A DNA stretch of 64,000 nucleotides from Desulfobaccales bacterium (lineage in GTDB: Bacteria; Desulfobacterota; Desulfobaccia; Desulfobaccales; 0-14-0-80-60-11), in the NCBI GenBank assembly GCA_052326585.1, contig JBKQLU010000044.1, positions 92,682 to 156,681 on the forward strand, written 5' to 3'. Under the pieces are notes generated by a model. That model was not told the DNA's origin, did no database searches, and saw only the letters and a program-made list of their open reading frames with translations. A program made the position numbers and the translations under genes. This document shows, piece after piece, positions 18,113 to 26,868 of the stretch. The stretch's first letter is position 1; each line of letters starts with the position of its first letter.

Positions 18113-19891
18113 TTGGCGATATCGATAGCCATTGATCAAACCTTTAGGGCCCAACGCCGGCCGACTTTTTGGGCCAGAGCCGGGCTGGCGATCCTGAGTC
18201 TCGGGCTGGCCTTGAGCTTGAGCAGCTGCGCCAGCCTGGGCCGGGGCCCGGGGGCAGCCTCCCCGGCGGACCAGGAAACCTCCAAGACCCTGGCCTATTA
18301 CCACTATCTCCAGGCCCAGGAAATGCTGCTGGAGGAAAATGAATCCGGGGCCATCCGGGAATACGAGGAAGCCCTTAAAGAAGACCCCGAATCGGCCCGG
18401 ATGGAACTGGAACTGGCTTCCCTTTATCAACGCCAGGGGGACGTCAAAAAGGCGCTGGCTCATGTAGAAAAGGCCCTGAAGCTGGATCCTAAACAACAGG
18501 AGGCCTACTTTCTGCTGGCCGGCCTGCATGTGGGCCTCAACCAATTGGATGACGCCATCCGGGAGTACGAGCATATCCTGGTATTGGACCCGGAAAACCG
18601 GGAAGCCCGCCTCTTCCTGGCCACCCTCTATGCCCAGCAGGGCCGCTTCCCCCAGGCCATCCGCACCATCCAGGAGATCCTGCGCCTGGAGCCGGATTCG
18701 GTGGTGGGCCACTATTACCTGGGGCGCTTCTTCCTGGCGACCGACCACCTGGATGAGGCGAAACAGGAACTCAACAAGACCCTGAACCTGGACCCCGAGT
18801 TTGTGCCGGCTATCTTCGACCTGGCGTCGATCCTGGAAAAGGAGAAACAGTTTAGCCGGGCCCTGGCCATGTACCGCCGGGTCTTGCGCTCCCAGCCCAG
18901 CAATCCCCGGGCCTGGGCCAACATCGGCCGCCTGCTTCTGATCCTCAATCGTTACGGTGAGGCCCAGAAGGCCTTCACCATGGTCAAGGGATTCGAGAAA
19001 AACGACCCCGCGGCCCGTTTCAGTGTCGGGGTCATCTTCCTGGAACAGAGACTCCCGGACGACGCCATCAAGGAATTTCGGCCCCTGCTGGTCAATCCTC
19101 GTTTCCAGGATCGGGCCCACTATTATATTGCCCTGGCCCTGGAGGAAAAGGGCGACAACCCGGGAGCCCTCCGGGAATATCAATTGGTGGGCCGTGAGTC
19201 GGAGCAATTCCTCCTGGCCCGCCTGCGCGTGGCTTACCTGGAGTATCACCAGGGGGACAAGCAGCGGGCCCGCCAAACCCTGGAAGATCTCCAGAAACTG
19301 GCCCCGAACCGGGAAGAGGTCTATCTCACCAGTTCCTACTTTTATGAAGAGGAAGGCCTTTGGGACCGGGCCATCGAGGTCCTGAAACAAGGGATCGGCA
19401 AGGCGGAGCACCCCGAGGAAATCTATTTCCGGCTGGCGATGATCTACGCCAAGAAGCAGGAGCCGAACGACAGCATCATCTATATTAAAAAGGTCCTGGA
19501 GATTAACCCGAATAACCCCGACGCCCAGAATTTTCTGGGCTACACTTATGCCGAGCAGGGAGTCAACCTGGATGAGGCGGAACGGTTAATCCAGGCTGCC
19601 TTGCAGGCCAAGCCCGACAGCGGCCAGATCATCGACAGCCTGGGATGGGTCTATTTCAAGAAGGGACAATTGGACAAGGCCCTGGTGGCACTGGAGCGGG
19701 CCCATCGTCTCATGCCCCAGGATGGCACTGTGACTGAACATCTGGCCGACGTTTACTCCAGCCTGCAACGCCAACGGGAGGCGCTGCGACTCTATCGCCG
19801 GGCCCTGGGACAGGAGGATGCCAATACCGGGGAGCTGCGCAAGAAAATCGACAAGCTGGAACATTTGCTGCAGCAAGGATCGGTCCTGTGA
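18113..19891 (+). CDS. Multi-TPR lipoprotein
   Basis: Lipobox LSLSSC, then more than 12 TPR-like repeats along the length. Confidence 0.75.
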   Translation: MAISIAIDQTFRAQRRPTFWARAGLAILSLGLALSLSSCASLGRGPGAASPADQETSKTLAYYHYLQAQEMLLEENESGAIREYEEALKEDPESARMELELASLYQRQGDVKKALAHVEKALKLDPKQQEAYFLLAGLHVGLNQLDDAIREYEHILVLDPENREARLFLATLYAQQGRFPQAIRTIQEILRLEPDSVVGHYYLGRFFLATDHLDEAKQELNKTLNLDPEFVPAIFDLASILEKEKQFSRALAMYRRVLRSQPSNPRAWANIGRLLLILNRYGEAQKAFTMVKGFEKNDPAARFSVGVIFLEQRLPDDAIKEFRPLLVNPRFQDRAHYYIALALEEKGDNPGALREYQLVGRESEQFLLARLRVAYLEYHQGDKQRARQTLEDLQKLAPNREEVYLTSSYFYEEEGLWDRAIEVLKQGIGKAEHPEEIYFRLAMIYAKKQEPNDSIIYIKKVLEINPNNPDAQNFLGYTYAEQGVNLDEAERLIQAALQAKPDSGQIIDSLGWVYFKKGQLDKALVALERAHRLMPQDGTVTEHLADVYSSLQRQREALRLYRRALGQEDANTGELRKKIDKLEHLLQQGSVL

Positions 19892-20679
19892 AACCCGGCA
19901 GGATGGCCCGCCTGGCAGTGCTGGCGCTCCTGGCCGGGCTGGGGCTGGCCGGCTGCCGCGCCCTGCCCCCGGCCCCGCCGCCCGCGGTCCTGTCCCCCGA
20001 GGAAGTCCTGGCCCGGCTCCATAACCGGCAGCAGGCCCTGGAATCTTTACAGGCCCGGGGCCGCGTCACCTTCCTGAGCCCGGAGCGCAACTACTCCGGC
20101 ACCATCCTGATCAAGGCCCGCCGCCCGGAGAGCCTCCGGGTGGACATCCTGGATCTTCTGGGACGCACCCTCCTCAGCTTTGCCACCGACGGCAGCCAGG
20201 TCCAGGTATTGTCCCCCCACGAGGGGAAGCTTTTCGTCGGCCCGGCCACTCCCCGAAATCTGGCGGTCTTTATCCCCCCGGCGGTGCCCCTGTCCCAGGT
20301 CGTGCCACTGCTGGCGGGGGCCCTGCCCCTGAGCCCGGGCCCGCCGGCGCGCTTTGATTACGACGCCGCCAGCGGCCGTTATCTACTGGAATGGCGCCAG
20401 GGCGGCAGCCTACAGGAGCGCCTGTGGGTGGCGGCCCAGGGTCTCTACCCGGTGCAGGAGGAATACTTCCAGGGCCAAAGCGAACCGCGTTTCACCCTGA
20501 AGCTCTCGCAGTTCGGCGTGGTGGGACCGGATTTGCCCGGCGAGATCATTATCCAAACCACTTCCCCCAAGATGGAACTGCGCCTGGCCTATAAGGAACT
20601 ACGCCTCAACCCGCCCTTGAGTCCGGCTGATCTGGCCCTGACGCCGCCTCCCGGGGTGGCGGTGGTGCAACTCCCTTAA
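19888..20679 (+). CDS. Lipoprotein, LolB-like/DUF4292-type (tentative)
   Basis: Lipobox LGLAGC. ATGA-type overlap with the upstream TPR gene. The family assignment comes from size, context and sequence feel only. Confidence 0.45.
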   Translation: MKPGRMARLAVLALLAGLGLAGCRALPPAPPPAVLSPEEVLARLHNRQQALESLQARGRVTFLSPERNYSGTILIKARRPESLRVDILDLLGRTLLSFATDGSQVQVLSPHEGKLFVGPATPRNLAVFIPPAVPLSQVVPLLAGALPLSPGPPARFDYDAASGRYLLEWRQGGSLQERLWVAAQGLYPVQEEYFQGQSEPRFTLKLSQFGVVGPDLPGEIIIQTTSPKMELRLAYKELRLNPPLSPADLALTPPPGVAVVQLP

Positions 20680-20720
20680 GAGACCCAAAAACCGGCATTG
20701 CCAGGAGGATTCGCGCGGCC

Positions 20721-21176
20721 ATGAAATTCCTGGTGGACCAGCCCCTGGGCGGTCTGGCCAAATGGCTGCGGTTTTGCGGCTTCGACGCCGACTGCCGCCG
20801 CCTGGCGCCCCATGGCCCCGGCTCCCTGCCGCCGCCGGACCCCGGCACCTTTATCCTGACCCGCCAGGAGTCCTTAAGACAACTGGCCCGCCCGGACCTC
20901 AAGTTCATCAAGGCCGGCTCCCCCGAGGCCCAACTTCAGGAAGCGCTGTCCCTTCTTAAGATCGCGCCCCGGCAGCTCAAGCCCTTGAGCCGCTGCAGCC
21001 GCTGCAACCAGAGACTCCGCCCCATCCCCCGGGAGCAGGCCCAGGGGCGGGTGCCGGAGCACGTCTTCCACTATCATGACCAGTTCTTCGAGTGCGGCCA
21101 TTGCCGGCGCCTTTTCTGGCCCGGGAGCCACCTGCCCGCCATCCTCAAGACCCTGAAGACCACCCGGGAAGATTAG
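20721..21176 (+). CDS. Mut7-C RNase domain protein (PIN-like plus C-terminal zinc ribbon)
   Basis: MKFLVDQPLGGLAKWLRFCGFDA N-terminus and CSRCNQ...CGHCRRLFWPGSH zinc ribbon, the typical PF01927 layout. Confidence 0.75.
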   Translation: MKFLVDQPLGGLAKWLRFCGFDADCRRLAPHGPGSLPPPDPGTFILTRQESLRQLARPDLKFIKAGSPEAQLQEALSLLKIAPRQLKPLSRCSRCNQRLRPIPREQAQGRVPEHVFHYHDQFFECGHCRRLFWPGSHLPAILKTLKTTRED

Positions 21177-21409
21177 CTTAAGCTATCCGCCTGCGGCTTA
21201 GGGGCACGGGCCGGCGGGCGCCGGCCGCCGATCCGCCCGCTCCGCCGCCACCTCATGGGGTCTGCATTTTGCCTTTTGCCGGGTTGCAATCTCTGCGGCC
21301 GATCCTATATTGATATTTAGGTGAATGACCTGGGGCGCGGCGCAAGCTGGCCCCTGCACCCCTGACTCAGTCCAAAAATCTGGCCCCGGGTATCATCAAG
21401 GAGGAACCG

Positions 21410-21790
21410 ATGGACGCTAAATCTAAAGATAATCCGCCCCAGGCCCTGTGCAGCGGTTGCTGGTGCAACCTCTGGACCTTCACGGCGAACACCGCCAGGC
21501 GGGCCCAGATCCTGGGCCGCTATACCCTGGCCTGCTGGCAGCAGCAAAAGATCAGGAAAGCCACCCGCCTCCTGGGCGAAAAGACCTTTCAGGCCCTGGA
21601 GCGGGGGGAGGCTAATCCCCTGGTGGCCCCTGAAGTGAGTGAGGCGGTGCAAAAGGCCAAGGACTTGAAGGAACTCAAAGAGGAGAATTACCAGGCCATC
21701 GCCGCCATCCGGGAAAAGATTCGCTCCTCCTGCAGCACTCTGGCCCCGGAGGAACCGCAGGGCGGGGAGGATAATCCGCCGCTGCCGTAA
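21410..21790 (+). CDS. Hypothetical protein (Cys-containing N-terminus, coiled-coil C-terminus)
   Basis: AAGGAGG SD 6 nt upstream. No recognisable family. Confidence 0.5.
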   Translation: MDAKSKDNPPQALCSGCWCNLWTFTANTARRAQILGRYTLACWQQQKIRKATRLLGEKTFQALERGEANPLVAPEVSEAVQKAKDLKELKEENYQAIAAIREKIRSSCSTLAPEEPQGGEDNPPLP

Positions 21791-21909
21791 ACCCGGCCAG
21801 CGGTCTGCTGCCGCCCCGGCAATACCCCCGGGGGCCCCCCCGCCTTTGCCTTTGAGCGTCGCGAGGGCCGGTTTGCGGTTCCCGGAAGCACCGGAAAGGG
21901 GACTGGTTT

Positions 21910-22089
21910 ATGCAATGCGAGAAGTGTAAATTCTGGAAATACCTGGAAGGATTTGAGGGAGGATTTGGGGAATGCCACCGCCATGCCCCCGCGCCGATAT
22001 GGGGGAGAAAGCCGCCGGATGTCGCCTCCTGGCCCATAACCCACCAAGAAGATTTTTGTGGAGATTTTAGCGCCCGGATAGATACCTGA
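21910..22089 (+). CDS. Hypothetical 59-aa Cys-rich protein (below ORF-track cut-off)
   Basis: Hand translation gives MQCEKCKFWKYLEGFEGGFGECHRHAPAPIWGRKPPDVASWPITHQEDFCGDFSARIDT, with the pattern CxxC...C...WP...CG. Confidence 0.4.
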   Translation: MQCEKCKFWKYLEGFEGGFGECHRHAPAPIWGRKPPDVASWPITHQEDFCGDFSARIDT

Positions 22090-22114
22090 AATCGTCGGGG
22101 CCGCCTAAAAATCC

Positions 22115-22606
22115 TTAAGGGGCGCCGCACTCCGCCGGGCTGCCGCCCAGTTTCTCCAGGGCGTGGGGCAGGGCGGGCAGGATGGCGGCCAGGTTTTCCC
22201 GGGCCCCCTTGGGGCTGCCGGGGAGGTTGACGATCAGGGTGCAGCCCCGGAGCACCGCCACTCCCCGGGAGAGCATGGCATGGGGGGTCTTGGCCAGGCC
22301 GGCGGCCCGCATGGCCTCGGGCAGGCCCGGCACCTGCCGTTGGGCCACCGCCAGGGTGGCCTCCGGGGTGAGGTCCCGGGGGCTGAGGCCGGTGCCGCCG
22401 GTGGTGAGGATCAGGTCCAGCCGTTCCCGGTCGCACCAGGCCAGCAGTTGGGCGCTGATGGCCTCCAGCTCGTCAGGGACCACGGCGGTGGCGGCCACCT
22501 GGAAAGCTGCGGCCGGCAGCAACCGGGCCAGTTCCGGCCCGGAGGCGTCGTGGCGCTCCCCGGCGTGCCCCTTATCGCTCACCGTCAGAATCCCTACCCG
22601 GAACAT
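22115..22606 (-). CDS. mogA: Molybdopterin adenylyltransferase MogA/MoaB-family protein
   Basis: GILTVSDKG, DLILTTGGTGLSPRDLTPEAT, NLPGSPKG. Confidence 0.88.
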   Translation of the reverse strand: MFRVGILTVSDKGHAGERHDASGPELARLLPAAAFQVAATAVVPDELEAISAQLLAWCDRERLDLILTTGGTGLSPRDLTPEATLAVAQRQVPGLPEAMRAAGLAKTPHAMLSRGVAVLRGCTLIVNLPGSPKGARENLAAILPALPHALEKLGGSPAECGAP

Positions 22607-23061
22607 CTGTTCAAGACCTCGATGGCGTCGCCCACCTGCACCAGCCCTTCCTTAAGCACCCGGGCGAAGACTCCTTCCCGGGGCATGACGCAGTCCCCCA
22701 CCAGCTCCCGGATGGCGCAGCCTTTATGGCAGGTCTTGCCGATCTGGGTGATCTCCAGCAGCGCCTGCGGACCCACCTTAAGAAGGGTCCCCACCGGCAG
22801 GGACATCACTTCCAGGCCGGCCACCGTCAGGTTTTCGGCAAAATCCCCCGGGGCCACCGCGGCGCCCCGGGCCACCATCTTGTCAATGCTGGCCAGCGAC
22901 AGCAGGCTCACCTGGCGGCAGCCGCCTTCGGCGTGGGCGTCGCCTTCCAGGCCGTGCTCCGCCAACAGGCGGGCCGCCGGCACGTTGTGTTTTACCACGC
23001 CCTTGCGGTCGCTGAGGGAGACGGCGACAATCCGGCCTGGGGCGATGCGGGGGAATATCAT
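22594..23061 (-). CDS. MOSC domain protein
   Basis: GLEGDAHAEGGCRQVSLL and CHKGCAIRE motifs. 13-nt overlap with mogA. Confidence 0.8.
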   Translation of the reverse strand: MIFPRIAPGRIVAVSLSDRKGVVKHNVPAARLLAEHGLEGDAHAEGGCRQVSLLSLASIDKMVARGAAVAPGDFAENLTVAGLEVMSLPVGTLLKVGPQALLEITQIGKTCHKGCAIRELVGDCVMPREGVFARVLKEGLVQVGDAIEVLNRCSG

Positions 23062-23175
23062 GGTTTTATCTCAGGGAAAGACGCCAAGACGCCGGGGATG
23101 CTCTCCCCCTGGCTTCCAGGCTAAGCACTTCATTTCTTAAATATGGTAGGTCTCTTTTGGCCCCCCTGACCCCAG

Positions 23176-23202
23176 CCCTCTCCCCCCGCCGGGGGGAGAG
23201 GG
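23176..23202. repeat. CCCTCTCCCCCC-GCC-GGGGGGAGAGGG hairpin repeat
   Basis: 12-bp perfect stem. Related hairpins occur at 12360-12384 and 12433-12457, with a degenerate copy at 23228-23262. Confidence 0.75.
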
Positions 23203-23353
23203 AGTATTGCAGGAGTTCCTTCTTTATCCCCTCTCCCCCAATGGGGAACGACACCGGGTGAGGGGGAATTAATCACTTACCCCCTGCCGATAATAACTAC
23301 GTTATCGGATTTATGAAATTGGGTACTAGGCTCGGGAACCGGGGGGAAAATTC

Positions 23354-25432
23354 CTACTCCTTCTCCCTGGCGGCCCTGGCCTCGGCGATGACCTTTTCCG
23401 CCAGGTGCGGCGGCACCTCCTCATAGTGGTCGAACTCCATGGTATAGCTGCCGCGGCCGCCGGTTTTGGAGACCAGATCCGGGGCGTAGAGGAGCACCTC
23501 GGCCATGGGGACGTGGGCCATGATCACCTGCATCCGGCCCTGGGCCTCGACCCCCAGAACCCGCCCCCGGCGGCCGTTGAGGTCGCCGATGATGTCCCCC
23601 ATATTATCTTCCGGCACGGTGACGCTCAGCTTCATTATGGGCTCCAGCAGGGTGGGCTGGGCCTGCTCGCAGCCCTTCTTAAAGCCCATGGAGCCGGCGA
23701 TCTTGAAGGCCATGTCGGAGGAGTCCACATCGTGGAAGGAGCCGTCATAGAGGGTGACCCGGAAGTCCACCACCGGGAAGCCGGCCAGGATGCCTTCCTG
23801 CTTGGCCTCGGTGATGCCCTTTTCCACCGAGGGAATGTACTGCCTGGGTATGGCGCCTCCCACGATCTTGTCCACGAATTCGAAGCCGGAGCTCCGGGGG
23901 AGAGGATGCAGCTCGATCCAGGTGTCGCCGTATTGGCCCCGGCCCCCGGACTGGCGTTTGTATTTGCCCTGGACGCGGACGGTGCCCTTGATGGTCTCCC
24001 GGTAGGGGATCTTGGGGGCCTTGAGGTTGACCTCGACCCCGAATTTACGCTTCAGCTTTTCGGCAGTGGCCTCGATGTGCACCGCGCCCACCCCGGAGAG
24101 GAGGATCTCTTTGGTTTCGGCGTTGCGGCTGAGGGACAGGGAGGGATCCTCTTCGATGAGCTTGAAAAAAGAGGAGAAGACCTTGTCCTCCTCCCCCTGC
24201 TTCTTGGGCTCCACCGCAAAGGTGACCATGGTCTGGGAAGGCCTCAGGGGCGGCAGCAGGATGGGGTGGGCTTCGCTAGCCAGGGTGTCGCCGGTCACCG
24301 TCTCCTTGAGCTTGGCCACCGCGGCGAAGGCCCCGGGGCCGAGGCTGCTCACGGCCTTCTGGCCCTTGCCTTCCAGCAGGAAGAGCTGGCCGTACCTTTC
24401 CGGGACGGCCCGGTTGACGTTGAACACGGTGGCATCGGCCCTCATGGTGCCGCAGAAGATCCTGAAGATGGAGAGGCGGCCGGCGTAGGGGTCGGCCACC
24501 GTCTTGAAGACCTGGGCCGCCAGGGGGCCGTCCGGGTCCGGCTCCAGCTCCACCCTGGCATCGGTGCCGGGTTTGCTGCCGGTGATCTTGCCTCTCTCCT
24601 CCGGGGCAGGCAGGAAGAGGTTAATGGCGTCCAACAGCAGGCTGGGGCCCAGGTTGGCGGCCGCCGAGCCGCACAGTACCGGGACGAAGGCCCCCTTGAG
24701 GACCCCCTGCTTCAGGCCACGGTAAATCTCCTCCGGAGTGAGCTCCCCTTCTTCCAGGAATTTTTCGATCAAGGCGTCGTCGCTTTCGGCAGCGTAATTC
24801 ATCAGATCGCTCCGGAGCTGCGCGGCTTCGTCCTGCAACTCATCGGGGATGGGCCCGCCCGCCTGGGAGCCGCCCGGCCCCCCGGTGTAGGCCTTCAGAT
24901 TGATGAGGTCCACCACCCCCTTAAAGCCGGCCTCCTTGCCGATGGGAAGCTGGAGGGGCACGGCCTGCACTTCCAGGATATCCCTGATACTCTTGAGGGC
25001 CGTGGCCAGGTCGGCCCGTTCCCGGTCCAGTTTATTGATAAAGAGCAAGCGGGGCAATTGATAGTGGTTGGCGGTCTGCCAGACCTTTTCAGTGCCCACC
25101 TTGACGCCGTCCACCGCGTCGACCACCACCACCGCCGCGTCCCCCACGTGGAGGACGGCTCGGGCATCCGCCAGAAAGTTGTCGTCCCCGGGGGTGTCGG
25201 CCAGATAGACGGTATGTTTTTTCCACTGGTAATGATGGAAGGCGCTGGAAATGGTAATCTTGCGTTTAATTTCCTCAGGTTCGTAGTCGAGGACGGAGGA
25301 GCCGTCATCCACCCGCCCCAGCCGGGAAGTGGCCCCGGCGGTGAACAGCAGGGCCTCTGCCAGCGAGGTCTTGCCGCAGCCGCCGTGCCCGATGAGGACC
25401 AGATTGCGGATATTTGCCGTTTTGCCGGACAT
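23354..25432 (-). CDS. Elongation factor G paralogue (EF-G-like GTPase)
   Basis: Start at MSGKTANIRNLVLIGHGGCGKTSLAEALLF (ATG at 25432). G-domain DTPGDDNF and NKLDRE motifs, and domains II-V recognisable. It is not in an rpsL-rpsG-fusA context. Confidence 0.88.
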   Translation of the reverse strand: MSGKTANIRNLVLIGHGGCGKTSLAEALLFTAGATSRLGRVDDGSSVLDYEPEEIKRKITISSAFHHYQWKKHTVYLADTPGDDNFLADARAVLHVGDAAVVVVDAVDGVKVGTEKVWQTANHYQLPRLLFINKLDRERADLATALKSIRDILEVQAVPLQLPIGKEAGFKGVVDLINLKAYTGGPGGSQAGGPIPDELQDEAAQLRSDLMNYAAESDDALIEKFLEEGELTPEEIYRGLKQGVLKGAFVPVLCGSAAANLGPSLLLDAINLFLPAPEERGKITGSKPGTDARVELEPDPDGPLAAQVFKTVADPYAGRLSIFRIFCGTMRADATVFNVNRAVPERYGQLFLLEGKGQKAVSSLGPGAFAAVAKLKETVTGDTLASEAHPILLPPLRPSQTMVTFAVEPKKQGEEDKVFSSFFKLIEEDPSLSLSRNAETKEILLSGVGAVHIEATAEKLKRKFGVEVNLKAPKIPYRETIKGTVRVQGKYKRQSGGRGQYGDTWIELHPLPRSSGFEFVDKIVGGAIPRQYIPSVEKGITEAKQEGILAGFPVVDFRVTLYDGSFHDVDSSDMAFKIAGSMGFKKGCEQAQPTLLEPIMKLSVTVPEDNMGDIIGDLNGRRGRVLGVEAQGRMQVIMAHVPMAEVLLYAPDLVSKTGGRGSYTMEFDHYEEVPPHLAEKVIAEARAAREKE

Positions 25433-25741
25433 TAAACTCTCCTTCCCATTCAGGTGGCCCTCCCAGCCAGGAAAAGCTCTCCCTGCCCAGGGCAATCTTT
25501 TTTAGTTATCAGATTTTTGCGCCAATCTCAAGATACTTTCGGCTCACGGTTTCCGGTTAAAAATAATCCCCGGCCGCAGGGCTTCTGAGCAGGGGCTTAG
25601 TCAGTCGCGGCCGGCTCTGGTTCCTCCCCTGCACCCAACTCTCTCACACCGGGGTCTTGGGACCGGGGAGAGGCAAGGTGCGGGGGATATTGACTCTCTT
25701 TAAGGGACGCCCCGCACGAGTGGACCCACCTGCGGGCAGCA

Positions 25742-25793
25742 GGGCGGGTTTTAAACCCGCCCCTACCAGGCGGACACCTGGGTCCGTCCCTAC
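25742..25793. repeat. Two hairpin-CCCTAC units
   Basis: GGGCGGGTTTTAAACCCGCCCCTAC (25742-25766) and CGGACACCTGGGTCCGTCCCTAC (25771-25793). Confidence 0.7.
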
Positions 25794-25898
25794 CGCAAAG
25801 CGGGATAGGTTTTTAAGGGGGCGGGGCGCGGGGGCCTGCCACGGCAACCGGGTTAGGGGCGCGGCCGGGAACCAAAGTCCTCCCTGGCGCCCCAATGG

Positions 25899-25928
25899 TT
25901 GACAGATTCCGGGCCGGTTTGCTATATT
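25899..25928 (+). promoter_or_regulatory. Sigma70-like promoter upstream of tRNA-Pro(GGG)
   Basis: TTGACA at 25899-25904, TATATT at 25923-25928 (18-nt spacer, or CTATAT at 17 nt), about 124 nt before the tRNA. Confidence 0.4.
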
Positions 25929-26051
25929 AAAATTTCTGCGGACCTGCCCATGGGAGTTTTTTTGGTTTCGGTTTAGGGCCCCGCGGCGGTCAGCCGCCGG
26001 GATCAGGGGAATTGGCCGGAGGTTCGCGAAGGCTCGCGGATTAGCAAGCGT

Positions 26052-26128
26052 CGGGACGTGGCGCAGACTGGTAGCGCACCTGAATGGGGTTCAGGGGGTC
26101 GGAGGTTCAAATCCTCTCGTCCCGACCA
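26052..26128 (+). tRNA. tRNA-Pro (anticodon GGG), CCA encoded
   Basis: CGGGACGTGGCGCAGACTGGTAGCGCACCTGAATGGGGTTCAGGGGGTCGGAGGTTCAAATCCTCTCGTCCCGACCA, with acceptor stem CGGGACG/CGTCCCG and anticodon loop ATGGGGT. Confidence 0.9.
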
Positions 26129-26145
26129 ATAAATGGCAATAATAT

Positions 26146-26178
26146 AGGCAAGCTATCTAAGGTTGGCTGGGCTTGCCT
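26146..26178 (+). terminator. Hairpin downstream of the tRNA (possible terminator)
   Basis: AGGCAAGC-17 nt-GCTTGCCT, a perfect 8-bp stem followed by tt..attttt (weak U tract). Confidence 0.35.
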
Positions 26179-26601
26179 TTAATCATTTTTGGCGGTGTGC
26201 ACATAGTGTGCATGGTTCCCCTTTCAAGACCAAAAATTAACCGGGGGAGACAACTTCACCCGGCCACAAAATCAGTTTTGATGATTACACCCTGCAAAAG
26301 CTGCGAAACTTCTCCAGTTAGCCTTGCCGCCCCCCTAGAGTGTGAAGGTGATAGACAGGCGGGGCACCTTAGTCACCCTTCATGACGCTTCTCGTGCGGC
26401 GCTTTTTCCTGGCCGGGTCATAATCCTACATCCATGCCGGCGATGAAGTTCAAGAATACTTTCAAAAAATCTAGGGGGTGCCTGTTAGGCAGAATCACCC
26501 GAAAAATATTTAATCAGGCATGATCCTCGTCACTTAGCCCATCAAGCCTGGGCAGAACTTTTATAATGAGCAATTTTTTAAAAAAATTTCTTCAAAAGAG
26601 C

Positions 26602-26630
26602 TTGACAGATTCTAAAATTATGACTAATCT
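26602..26630 (+). promoter_or_regulatory. Sigma70-like promoter (TTGACA-17-TAATCT)
   Basis: ttgaca at 26602-26607, a 17-nt spacer, taatct at 26625-26630, placing the TSS just before the riboswitch aptamer. Confidence 0.55.
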
Positions 26631-26635
26631 ACTAC

Positions 26636-26720
26636 CACAGTGAAAAGCCAAACCTGCCGCAAGGTAGGGACGGAAAGCCACGGGTCTTTTAATTCGAGAG
26701 AGATAGCCGGGCTGCCCGGT
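26636..26720 (+). promoter_or_regulatory. GEMM-I class cyclic-dinucleotide riboswitch (c-di-GMP-I type)
   Basis: AAAAGCCAAACC-[CCTGCC GCAA GGTAGG hairpin with GNRA tetraloop]-GGGACGGAAAGCC-ACGGGTC...GCCGGGCTGCC matches the GEMM-I core (GGCAAACC...GGGACGCAAAGCC...CGGG). The two deviations are reciprocal G/C swaps. Confidence 0.6.
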
Positions 26721-26743
26721 TGGAGGGGGCAGGCCGGTTTTTT
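26707..26743 (+). terminator. Intrinsic terminator (riboswitch expression platform)
   Basis: CCGGgCTGCCC-ggttggagg-GGGCAGgCCGG followed by TTTTTT. The 5' arm overlaps the 3' conserved strand of the aptamer. Confidence 0.6.
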
Positions 26744-26868
26744 ATTGCCCCTGAATAAAAAGGAATAAGGGAGTGACCGGCTGAAGGGATTTATAAAAAG
26801 CGAGTTCCCGGATTTTAAGGGAAGGAAAGCGAACAGAGAAGACCAAGCAAGATGAGAAGGAGCACGCC

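Noticed and set aside
23405-25435. 676-aa ORF on the plus strand
   Set aside because: It lies exactly antisense to the EF-G paralogue. Its translation is low-complexity (G/A/P/L/H/V runs) with no motifs. Long antisense ORFs are expected in GC-rich DNA where stop codons are rare.
25433-25495. 21-codon upstream extension of the EF-G ORF
   Set aside because: GTPase homologues begin immediately before the G1 motif. The extension (MPWAGRAFPGWEGHLNGKESL) has no support.
25644-25902. ORFs 25644-25895 (-) and 25657-25902 (+)
   Set aside because: They span the hairpin-CCCTAC repeats (…RAGFKPAPTRR…) in an intergenic region. They have no SD and no coding-like composition.
26129-26600. Integrase or attachment site next to tRNA-Pro(GGG)
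   Set aside because: No ORF with tyrosine or serine recombinase motifs appears on either strand. ORF 26173-26385 has no recognisable features. No repeat of the tRNA 3' end was seen in the window.
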